From NCBI RefSeq assembly GCF_000143415.4, contig NW_003314336.1, positions 423,296 through 487,295 of the forward strand: a DNA stretch of 64,000 nt, in the 5' to 3' direction. The position numbers and the translations under genes were made by a program. This document shows, piece after piece, positions 13,365 to 24,528 of this stretch (positions are counted from its first letter, which is position 1; each line of letters starts with the position of its first letter). Origin of the DNA: Selaginella moellendorffii (lineage: Eukaryota > Plantae > Lycopodiophyta). The notes under the pieces were generated by a model. That model did not search any database. It worked only from the letters and a program-made list of their open reading frames with translations, and was not told the origin of the DNA.

Positions 13365-14160
13365 ATCACGAATGTGCCTTTGGGTATCAAAAAATACTTG
13401 TTGGCTAATCCTTATGGACACTCTCTCTTTACTAGTACAATGGCAGAGAAGTTGTTGCTATTAGTTTTCTTTATCAACCTTTTTCTTTTGCTCTGTTTTG
13501 TACTAGTTTGGCAAGAACCTTTGCGTATTGAGTTTAGTCCTTCAATATTGCTACATAATAACTTACTGTGTCTGCTAAACACCCTCGCTACCATGGCCTT
13601 TATGTTAGTCTCATTTCGGTTCCAATGGCTATTTATGGAAAGTGTCTAGATTGGTTAATTTGGCATATTTACGGAATATAGAGATTGTCTTGAACACAAT
13701 AGTGTTAGTTCTATGTCCAAATTCACAATTTAGCACCATTCTATATTTAATAAGTTTCATAATTATCTCAGATTATCCCAGAGACTAACTCTTGGTACTA
13801 AGGGTGGCTAAGGGTGAAAGCTCAAAGTGTGTGTTCCTCAAACGGGGGGGGGCTTATAGGGGGTTATGGGGGGTTTTAAATATATAATAAGGAATAGTGG
13901 TTGAAATGTATGTTCGACCACTTGACTTTTGCTAGGCCTTGTTACTTCTTGTTTTACGTTTGGTTTGGGTATAAGTGGGGTACCCTCCTCCTTGCATTAG
14001 GCTGTTGGTATACTAAATTTATACCAGACACTATCTGACACCATTTTGCATGTAGATGTTGAATACAGGGAGCTGGTGTTCATGGGATTAAGAGTGTATT
14101 GGACCTTCATTTCGTAGTGCAATGGGCTTGGACTTTGGCTCCAAATTCAAGTGTGCTATA
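13365..14160 (+). mobile_element. Partial/solo LTR of the family at 33566-41297
   Basis: Shares blocks with 33566-34626 and 40174-41297, e.g. ctgctaaacaccctcgcta, ctatttatggaaagtgtctagatt and tagggtgaaag. Confidence 0.8.
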
Positions 14161-17100
14161 GCTTCTTAATCATACAATGATGTCCTATAATGCCCACATA
14201 GAATAGAAGAGTCATGATAAACATAGAGAAAATATAAAATCAAAATAAAAAACATGACCAAATACAAATGATTATTAGGATCAATCCCCATAAAGTAAAG
14301 AAAGTCTTCCTTAAAGTAATATTGAGAATATAAATACCGAAATAGCAAGTCATTAGTAAACGATGTGGACTTCTTAAACCTATAATGAAATCTTTGAATC
14401 CACAGTTCAAATTTTGAGCCTCATAAATCCTATAGAGAGAAAGTAATTCTAGTTCTACACTTTGTGAACACTAAACATTAAATACAACTACTGATGGCAT
14501 GAAATCCTTATTTATAAAATAAAATTCATTGATACTAAAAGAATAAGATTTTTGAGAACACGAGAAGGGAGAGGAGTTCAAGAAAAGCATTAGCATTAGC
14601 TATAGAACTCCTTAGACAATAAACAATCTTAAAGTTATCTATTTTAAACTTCAAAGCTCATCAAGTAGTATGACCAACCAAATTCTTCTGCTTCAATAAT
14701 AAAGTGACTATAGCATTATAAGACATTATTAATGCCCACCTCTCCACTTAAGAAATAGAAAATGCTAATAATGTTGATATGTGTGGCCAATCTCTTCACA
14801 TGCCCAATAACAAATATCATAGTCACGTTTTCATCCTTATCTTTGAATACAAGTAACATTAACATCAACGACGTCATCGAAACATGATTGTCTCCAATAA
14901 GAAATTGCAACTACAAGTGGAAGATGTGATGTTTCATAGTGTTGTTAATTGAAGAGGTAAATGTTTTATCTTATATATCTTCCCAAATAGAGTAAAAGAA
15001 GGACGTTTAAGCAAAATGAAGTTACACCTAAACTTAGGCATTTAAAGGAAAAAAAACCCGACTTAGGTAACATTTATCATAGACAAGCATGAAGTAATTA
15101 GAAACGATTACAAAATCATATAGTATATAAGTAGCATTTAAACGTGTTGGAAACTAACCCCCATTCACTATTGTAGGCATTTGCATTGAATTAACCATTT
15201 TTTCTTTTGTTTATAAGTATTTGTGCAAAGTAGAGTTGAGAAAGTGATATATACTTATCCTTACTCACACTTTTGGGGTTTGAGGTTAAATTTTCTTTTA
15301 TTCTTTTCTCATTCTTCTTCTCTTCTCTTCTCTATATTGTTATTTTTGTTTAATTATCACTATTTTGCAGGTAGAGGCAAGAACATGAGTATAAGTAAAA
15401 AAAACCTTATTCACTTTTGGCAACCATAGTGAGATAAGTCATCACTCTTTGGTTTGAAAAATAGCTAGGAGAAAATCGCTTGGGAATTTTAAATATGTCT
15501 AGCACTAAAAATCACAAGTAAATATCTTCAATGATTGTATAAGCTTTGAGCCCAGACAACACTAAACGAAGGAACTCTTTTTGTGATTGGAGTGGTTAGT
15601 GCTTAAACAATATAAAAAAAATAGTTTTTCAACTATCACTAAACCCACAAAGCATAGGATGAATTTAAAATTGACACAAATTGGAGCTTTGAAAGACATG
15701 GCTTGGGTCAACATTATTGTATTAAGCTTTATTTTCCTTTGAAAAGTTACCTAAGATGTTTAGTTCAGCATATATTGCCAAGAAACTCAAGTTCAAATTG
15801 TTTAGCCAGTAATTTCTTAAAAAAAATTCAAAAGAAAAAGGAATGGAGTTTGTTTAATGTGGAAAACACAATTAATTACTCTAGAATTCTTTCCTTTTGA
15901 GCAAATTCTTACTTAGGCTTTTAGAGAGCATATTTTTCAGTAGTGTGTTACAATTTTTCTAGGCATACACAAGTAGGAAAATTAAACACTTGTAACTATT
16001 GTATTTAACTTCAAAATGAGAGAATTTTCACTTAGTAAATATTTTCTACGTAAGCAAAATTATACAACTACTATAGTAAGAGTTATAGCTCAATTTTTGC
16101 CTACTTTTAGAACGCACAGATCACCCCGTATACTAATCAAGCTTTAGCCAGATAAAGTAGTTGAGAAGCTTCACACCATAAATGTGGAATAAAGAGTTGT
16201 AGAGCTTGCTACTAGGTGTAAGCATTAATCTTAGAGACACTACTACCATCACTTCAATCTCTAAAAATCTAAAACAAGCTTAGAGATAAAAAGGGTTTTA
16301 TCTAAAAAGGTGAAATAGCCTTAAACATTCCTAGAAATTCTAAATTACATTGCAAAGCTCAAGAATAAGTTAAATAAAGACTTGTATTAACCATTATTGC
16401 CCATTACTAAAGAGGTTAAAGAAATATTTGCCTTGAAAAACAATTTTTATTTAGATCTAAAGCAAAGTCTTCCATGAATTAATTATCACATGCTTGAAAA
16501 GTTACCTAACATCATTTTATAAGTAAATTGATTTAGAATAGGCTATTATGTTAATAGGCAAGGAGAAAGAAATAAATCCTAAGGGAAACTCATTCAAGCC
16601 CATTAAGAAGCCATTATCCAGACATTTTGCATATTACCTATAAGAGAATGGCTAGGCTAAATTTACTAACAAAGTGCTTAAAAATAACTTGAAAAAAATT
16701 GTAAAAGACAATAAAATAAACTAAGATGAGAAAATTTTAGATGCTTTGTGGGCTTATAGAATTGTATATAAAGTATCTATAAGCATGACACCATTTCATC
16801 TTACCTATGGCTAAGAAGCTTTAACATTTATAGAATTTATAATTCCCTCTTTGCATAATGCAATTAAAAATGGCTTAAACAAAAAAGAAACTCTTAAGCA
16901 ATGACTTTCTAAAATAGAAAACTTATACAAGTTTGAGTTTAAAGCAATCTGGACCCTATATGCAATTCAAAAAGACAAAAATGTTAGACATGACAAACAA
17001 TTGAAAATCTTTTATATGCTTAAACCAAGAGATAAAGTCCTTTGGTATCAAGGCAAAATAGATGCTCTTAAAAATAAATTCAAGAGAAAATAGAATGATT

Positions 17101-17760
17101 CATTTATTTTGTCTAAGATATCAGCCCCAAAAATGACTAAAGTGCACACCTTAAACAGGGATGATACTACAATAATAAATTTAAACCATTTAAGGAAGTA
17201 CTATAAAGATATAAGTATAAATATTGTATATATCTTAGGGTACAAAACTATGAATAAGCTCGTGGATGAAGCCCTCGTAAGGATTCATTGTGATGAGTTA
17301 CCTAAATGCACAGATAGAGTGGCCAATTAGACGAAGGATGGAGGTCTAGAAAATTTTTATAAAGCTACATTAAACTTTGTAAGACATAAGAGGTAAACTA
17401 GTTCTTCAATTATGGGATCTTATAAAACTAGCTTTCAAAATGGATAGAGGGGATATTAAAGTCACTCAGAATCTTATTTCTAAACTTTTTTATCTCTCCA
17501 TAGAGCTAAATTAGTGGAATTAGAGAGAAGAACTAGTTTTTCTTGATAAGCTCAGATAGGGATTTGTTAACCTAGAACATAGGGAAAATACATATCCCCT
17601 AAGAAAGATTTGTTTTTATGCTAAAGAAACCCTCATATATTTAAGTGCTTTCTTTGATAGGGAAGATCTAAGGAAAGAAATCAAGGGATATATTGGATAA
17701 ATATTTCTCTATCTTGAATAGGCCTTCTCTCAAAATCTTGATAGTATGGCTTATACAAAT

Positions 17761-18337
17761 TTTTGGCCCTTTCCCTCTATATTTGAACCCCATGGATCGT
17801 CTCTCGAGTTGTTCTCTTTGGTTGCTTACAATCCACCACGCTTCCCTACAAGTTCACGCCTTCGTGAACGGAAGCTGAGAGCCGCAACTCTCCTGAGAGC
17901 CCCGCTCTCTTGACACCCTACCCCTCGGGAGCAAACCGGATCAGCTAGATGTCAATCAACATATGGTGTGATTCCTCTAGCCAACCAACAGAGTCGGACC
18001 TGAGACCGCTCTGATACCAAATGTAAACTTCTGAGTTTGGACTTCCCGGGAGGTCACCTAGCCCAGCTAGATGTCAATCAACATATGGTGTGATTCCTCT
18101 AGCCAACCAACAGAATTGGACTTGAGACCGCTCCGATATCAAATGTAAGCTTCTGAGTTTGGACTTCCCGGGAAGTCACCCAGCTTAGTACTATTCAAAC
18201 CCAAGGACGCTTAACTCCAAATATCCTAAGACCCTTAACCAATTGGAAAGGGGGGTGCACTTTTATTCATGTGCCCTTTCCCTTTATATTTGAACCCCAT
18301 GGATTGTCTCTCGAGTCGTTCTCTTTGGTTGCTTACA
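17761..18337 (-). mobile_element. Cassandra TRIM (5S-derived LTR), left LTR truncated, with an internal partial duplication
   Basis: Same LTR and internal sequence as 38077-38635, with PBS TGGTATCAGAG. CAAAT lies on both sides (17756-17760, 18338-18342). Confidence 0.85.
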
Positions 18338-18339
18338 CA

Positions 18340-20050
18340 AATGTCATCACTACAGCCTACTAGGTCAAGTGCACCCTCGATTGGGCAGAGTGATCTTGTC
18401 CTCATGCCACCACCACAAGCCGTTGACTCCACTCTTGAAGCACTGTCAATGCAAGATCTCACTCAGGCACTTCTATCAACATTGCATTACATCTCTTGGC
18501 CGCCTAATGCCAAGTGTTTTGCCTACAAATCTCCACAAACAGCAAAAATGCTTAAGCAAGACAAGCATGTGGAGGAAATCTCATTTAGCAATGAGGAGTT
18601 GAACTATAGCTAAGTAAAGTTGTCTAGGGAGCTTATGCTTTCTCCCTATAACAAGTTTTGGCTTAATACTTTTGGGTTACTCACCTATATGGAGTTTTTA
18701 GAAGCAGAAATATCAATCGAGCAAGGGATTGAGCTCATGCAGAAGTGGTATCTAAAGGAGCATGCATTTCAGGATCACATGCCCAATCAATATATCCTCC
18801 TTAATTATACATTTGGACAAGAAGACAACTTTACCTATTTAAAGCCCGACTATCATGCTAGGCTTAAAATGTTGTGTGCCATCATCAATGGGAGCACAGT
18901 TGGACATAATGCCAGCATCAAGATAGCTTGCCTATTGGAAGTTATCAAGACTAAATAGCAATAAATATAATTTATTTCACCTACAATGAATTTGTGGTCG
19001 AGATGAAGAATGTTGCCTTACAAGTAGGCAAAGGAAGACAAGTGAAAATAGTAGTTTTCATCTTTTTGTGGCACATTTACAAGCATTACACAGCTCAAGA
19101 GAATCCCACACCTCTCCTTGCCATTGAGCCACCACCTTCAGTATCTCCTTTGAGGGAGAAAGCAAGGGATGTGGATGTGGAACAAACTTCACAAATTCTT
19201 AATGATACAGATTTAAGTGAGGAAAATTCTTCCCTCAAAAAGAAACTCTGCATAGATTTGAAAATCCAAGCTGCAAGACCTCTAGTGTTTGTTTTGTAGA
19301 AATCTAGTGGCCAAGTATGCCACAAAAAAGCTAGATACAGCAAGTACAATGATAAAATGTTACACTCGGATCAGGAACAGAGTCATGACTTGCTTACATC
19401 TATAGAGACAACCCCAATGCTTATACAAATCTCTCCAAAAATTAAGGAAGTGACAAGCACACAAACGGACAACATTAGGCGAATAATGGATGCTAAAGTT
19501 GTGAAAGAAATTCCACAACTTAGGCCACAAAGTTTGACACATGATGCATATATGCTATAAACCATTGGCTGTAGACATAACTAATGAGGTGAGTTTAAGC
19601 TAAGAAGATCACGGCAAAAAAACTCATTGGGATGAAGAAAATGAGGCTACAAAAGAGGGTCTAAGTGAACTAGAAGAGTATAGGCCTAGTCTTCTCTAGT
19701 CCACCTATACATCCTATAGTGATACACCCTTAGTTGATCAGTCTAGTGAGATGGAGCAGCTATAGTAGTAGCAGATGCAGTAGTAGCATTACAAAGTCAA
19801 GGCTAGCTATGCCTTCGCTCACAAGACTACGAATTAGTTAAGCGAGCCAGTAGTCCGAAGCTTCATAAAAGAGCTTGCTCAACACATCAAGGGAGGAGGC
19901 AAATAACCAATTGATGAGCCGATGCAGCCAGTAAAAGACGAGGAAACAACGAAATATTGCACGCAGGTCTTGAGCTACCTTAAGACAATCACCAAGAAAG
20001 TGGATAGAGTCATGGGCGAGCAAAATCATCAGCACCATATAATTCAAGAA
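18340..20050 (+). pseudogene. Degenerate extra ORF 3' of pol in the Athila/Tat-like element
   Basis: Successive open frames (18340-18613, 18620-18958, 18994-19299, 19357-19560) broken by stops, lying between integrase and the 3' LTR. Confidence 0.45.
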
Positions 20051-20060
20051 CTCAAGAGTG

Positions 20061-20813
20061 TGTAAGCTCTTGACTTTGGACTTCCCGGGAGGTCACCCAG
20101 CCCAATACTATTCAAACCTAAGAACGCCCCAAAACCCTTAACTGATTTGCACTCTTGTTCATGAGCCCTTTCCCTTTATATTTGAACCCATATGGATTAT
20201 CTCTCGAGTCGTTTTCTTTGGTTGCTTACAATCCACCACACTTCCCCTCCACCATGCCCTTGTGAACGGAAGCTAAGAGCCATAGCTCTCCCGAGAGCCC
20301 CACTCTCTTAACACCTAACCCCTCGGCTCGAGCCCAGTAGAGCAAACTAAACCTGCTAGATATCAATTAACATATGGTGTGATTCCCCTAAACCAACCAA
20401 TAGTGTCAAACTCATGACACCCAACCCCTCGGCTCGAGCCTAGCAGAGCAAAATGGACTACTAGATATTAATTAACATATGGTGTGATTCTCCTAAACCA
20501 ACCAACAGAGTTAAACCCGAAACCTCTCTAATACCAAATGTAAGCTCTCAATCAACATGTGGTGTGATTCCCCTAAGCCAACTAACAGAATCAAACCCGA
20601 AACCTCTCTGATACCAAATGTAAGCTCTTAACTTTGGATTTCCTGGGAGGTCACCCAGCCCAATACTATTCAAACCTAAAGACACTTAATCCCACCTAAT
20701 CCCAAAACCCTTAACTAATTGGAAAAGAAGTGCACTCTTGTTCATGGGCCCTTTCCCTTTATATTTGAACCTTTATCGATCATATCTTGAGTCGTTCTCT
20801 TTGATTGTTTATA
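20061..20813 (-). mobile_element. Cassandra TRIM with internal tandem duplications
   Basis: LTRs at about 20061-20229 and 20618-20813, repeated internal/PBS blocks, and a 5-bp TSD GAGTG (20056-20060, 20814-20818). Confidence 0.88.
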
Positions 20814-22219
20814 GAGTGAAATCCCGATTTCCACATCCACCAATGCAAAGCACATCAACTACTAAAACTAGCACATTGCAATGCTTGACCAGGAAATTTA
20901 GATCATGCGTCAGGAACTTAATGATATATGCCAAAGTATTGAGTTTATCACCATGAAGACCAATCTTGACAACTTAGAGCAAGATTTGGAGAATCCAACT
21001 GCTTAAGGACAATCAATAGCTTTGTTATAAGGGTGGTAAATATTTTATCTTGTGTATCTTCTCAAGCAGAATAAAAGAAGGAAGCTTAGGCAAAATAAAG
21101 TTATACCTAAGTTTAGGCATCTAAAGAAGAAAGACCCAACTTAAACAATGTTTGTCATAAACAAATATGAAACAATTAGGAATGGTTACAAAATTATGTA
21201 GTACATAAGTAAACCCTCACTCACTATTGTATGCATTTGCATTGAATTAGCCACTTTTTATCCCACTTATGACTATTTGTGCAATATAGAGTTGAGAGAG
21301 TGACACATGCTTATTTTTATTTATGCTTTTGGAGTTTGAGGCTAAGTTATCTCCTATTCTCTTCTTATTCTTCTTTTCTTCTCTATGTTTTTATCTCTAT
21401 TTGTTTGTCACTATTTTAAAAGTAGGGGCAAGAACATAAGTATAGGCAGAAAAAACCTTACTCAGTTATGTTAGTTAAAGAGCACTGTCAAAGGTGGCTA
21501 GAGCAAATGCATGTATAAATTTTACAAGATCTTAAAAAAGTGTTAACCATATCAATTTAATCCACTTTAACATATTTGGCTCAAAAGGCATTTTCACAAT
21601 CATTAATATGTCCAAATACATATATAAAAGCATCATTCCAAAAATGATATATAACAATCACAATAAAGTAATCAAATTAATAGTACATATCATCCTAAGG
21701 ATTTCTACAGAAGAAATGTGGCTAGACACAAGGATTGACAGTAAGAGCAATAAAAGCTGCACCACACGCCTTAAATACAAGCATCAATTGAGTCTAATTG
21801 GTTAATTGCAATTAGATAGCATCGAGCAATTATACCAATTGCTATTCTAAAGTCAAAGAGGTGTATATTATTCTGCCATAAAGATGAAATAAAAAATAAA
21901 AATAAATAAAAGAAAATAAAAGAAAAACCTATAGGAATGAGAGAGATCTAGAGAATGTAAAAGCTAGATCTAAACAAAAATCACAAATCAAATTACTCTT
22001 TAGGGGTAATTAAAATTTCCCTACCAATATGAATGTTTGAAATATAGAAATGAAATATAAAAATCTGCATATTAGGTTACCCAAAAAACCCTAGTTTATA
22101 TATAAAGGCAAGTAGTCTGAATTAAAACCAATTCAATAACTCACTACATTAATATTAATATACAGCTTGCAGTACACTTAAACCCTTTAATTATCATGAT
22201 CATATTCTTAACTTTTGAT

Positions 22220-22745
22220 GGAAATAAGAATTACTCAAAAGGAATTAGGAGTTCTTTCTTGTGGTTCTTTGGAGTGAAAGTTTCAAACAAACAAGCTTAT
22301 ACAAACATTTAAGAACTCCTTTCTCATACCAAAAGGCTGATTGACTTAGTATTTATTACAAATAACTCTGATTTGTCATCAAAGATCATAGCTGCCAAGG
22401 CATCCAGCTCCTCATCCCTTGATTTGGGTGTGATTTCCTTGGGAAGTCCGTACCACATCTACTTTGGCACCATGGAGCAAGTCAACACAAGGAGCGGCTT
22501 CAAGTGCCTGAATCGTGTTTCAAGATGGTGGCCTTGCTGGGCTCGGTTTTGGGAGGTTGAGTTGATGGAGATCGTTGAAGTTTCAGAGGATACAGAGCGT
22601 TACTCTGAATCCGTTTTTGCAAGAGGGGGCTAGGAGCAGCCCTGAATTGTACCTCCAGTTTTGCTCCAAGGTTTGGGCCCATATCAGAAAATTCACGGTT
22701 TTGATGTTTGTTTCCAACACCCAAAACATTGAATCCATCTTGCAG
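22220..22745 (-). repeat. Unidentified degenerate 'module B', inverted copy of 27165-27690
   Basis: The reverse complement matches 27165-27690 (gcaagatggattcaatgttttggg...aaccttggagcaaaactggaggtacaattc...ggatgaggagctggatgccttggcagc...aaatgtttgtataagctt). Confidence 0.8.
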
Positions 22746-22749
22746 CGGG

Positions 22750-22920
22750 GTTTAAATCTCCTCGACTTTCCCCAGCCACTCGACTGCACCATGGTCACAC
22801 TGTTCTTCTCATCCTCCCCTATGTCCTGGAACACAGGGCGCAAGAGCTCCACATTGTCACATTGTACACAATTCTGTTGGAATGCCTCTTTCCAAGGGAT
22901 TTTACAAGCCGCACGCACAG
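22750..22920 (-). pseudogene. N-terminal fragment of the CR-type NTPase up to Walker A, fused to module B
   Basis: KEAF...DNVELLR...VTMVQSSGWGKSR matches the 24529 gene. Confidence 0.85.
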
Positions 22921-22996
22921 CCGTGGCTCACCATCGATTCCCCCGCCAACCTAGCCCTAATTGTTTTGAAATGGGCGGGGAAAATACACGAAATTC

Positions 22997-24013
22997 CTAG
23001 CATATGCTCAGAGCCGAGTAGTTTTTGGCATTGAGAGAGGGTAACCATTTGGCAACGATGCCCTGCTCGCGCTCGCGATGTGCAATGTGCGCGTAGATCA
23101 CCTTGCTCTTGAATTCCTGCATCGCCTCCCCAAATTCCAGCCCCAGAGCGATCCTCGATTCCTCGGGCGTGGATGCCGCTGCGTTGTAGTCGTGGTAGAA
23201 GGATTCGTCCAGCAAAAGCCCCACCTCCGGAGCAGTGGGGACGATCACATCCACTTCGCTGCCATAGGAAAGAAAAGTGTTCGATGATCCATGATGAATA
23301 GATCACTCTGTTTGTTACCTCCTTAGCGCCCGATTGATCGTCGTGACTGGAGCGATGTCTCGCATCACCGCCACTGCCAATCCCACCATCTTCCTGATCT
23401 GGTATGCCATGAAGCTCCGGGCAAGCACGATGATCCTCACAAACTCGCTCCCTCCAATCCAGATCTTGTCCGCCGCTCGAAATTCCACCACTGTCCGCCG
23501 CGCCTCGCGGTCGCCCGGCCGGACGCGCCACGAGAAATTGTGGAAACTGTGATCAGTCCCCAGGAATCGTCCCAAGATCTGGTTGAATCGCTCGAAATCA
23601 AACAAGAATTCTTCCTCCAGATCATCCCCAGTCCGCGGATCAAACGCAAAGATTGGAAGCACATACTCGTAGCGCCGCGAAGCGCACATCTTCTTGGCGC
23701 TGAAATCGTCCGGGACGCGCTTGAATCCCAGCAGCCGGATGGATCCTGGGAGGAACTCGTTGGTGCGATGGACGAGATCGGGGGTGAGGTAGAGCCTGGC
23801 CGACACAACTTGCCCTAGGGCGCTCACTTCCTTGTCAGTTCTTGCGGCGCGCTTCCAATCCAGCCAGTTCCTGGAGCAGCCATTTGATCCGATCGCCCCA
23901 GCTCGCACCAGCGCCTCCTCCAAGACTCCCTCGATCGTCGCGGCGCCAGGATTGCGCTGCATTCCCTTGTAGCCCGCGCCGCAGTAGACCACGAACAGGG
24001 CAGCCTTCTCCAT
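22997..24013 (-). CDS. tRNA pseudouridine synthase, TruA/PUS1 family; exons 24013-23319 and 23258-22997
   Basis: YCGAGYKGMQ, TIEGVLE, AARTDKEVSALGQ (catalytic Asp), RRYEY, HSFHNFS, SFMAYQIRKMVG, and VPTAPEVGLLL after a GT-AG intron. Confidence 0.9.
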
Positions 24014-24074
24014 TCCCTGTGGAGCCCTAAAAGAATAATGCCCTAAATGATAGAATATGCTGATTGTTAAGAGT

Positions 24075-24455
24075 GCCCTAAATCCGTTTTTAAGTAATTA
24101 GAATATCCTAGTCCCAGTTGTCTTCAAAGATCATGGCTTCTAGGAAATACGGTTCCACAATCTTTGATCTAGGTGTCATTGTTTTCAATTCCCACCCTTC
24201 AGGAGATTCATGCCGCATTGACTTCAGCACCATGAACACGCGAACTAGGAGTGGCATCAAGTTCTGGAATCGCAGCCGAGATAGATGATGCTGTTGAGCT
24301 TTTGGATATGGATTTCATCGTGCCAGAGTTGCAAAGCAAGTTTCCAAAGATAAAGAGTGTTAAGCCAAATCCGGTGGTCTCAAGAGCACCCATGGACGCT
24401 ACCTCCAGTTTTGCAAGGCTCTCAGAAATCTGAAACTTAATGTTTCGTTTCATGG
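24075..24455 (-). repeat. Module B copy (degenerate)
   Basis: Aligns with 59300-59660 (ccttcaggagattcat, atcgtgcc.gagttgcaa, ccatggacgctacctccagtt) and with 22300-22720. Confidence 0.7.
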
Positions 24456-24528
24456 AAAATCTTTCATTATTATAAGTTTACTTTGTAATTTCATGGATAT
24501 TTCTTTTTAACCTAGTTAGGGTTTGCGG

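Larger units (their letters stand above)
14943..21464 (+). mobile_element. Decayed Athila/Tat-like Ty3/gypsy element; LTRs about 14943-15413 and 21023-21464
   Basis: Direct repeats of about 450 bp with TGTTA...CA ends. Integrase remnant DALWAYRIVYKVSISMTPFHLTYG at about 16740-16810. Extra sense ORF remnant downstream. No TSD found. Confidence 0.7.
12540..22190 (-). mobile_element. Old decayed Ty3/gypsy copy of the family at 50475-55481, interrupted by nested elements
   Basis: The reverse complement aligns by eye with the intact copy: 3' LTR about 12540-12700, PPT about 12705-12720, integrase 12720-13330, RNaseH/RT pieces 14350-14930, gag 21480-21870, PBS about 22021-22028 and 5' LTR about 22030-22190. 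Confidence 0.75.

Noticed and set aside
17761-20813. CRISPR-like or satellite array
   Set aside because: The repeats are LTR and internal blocks of a TRIM with no unique spacers, in a eukaryotic context.
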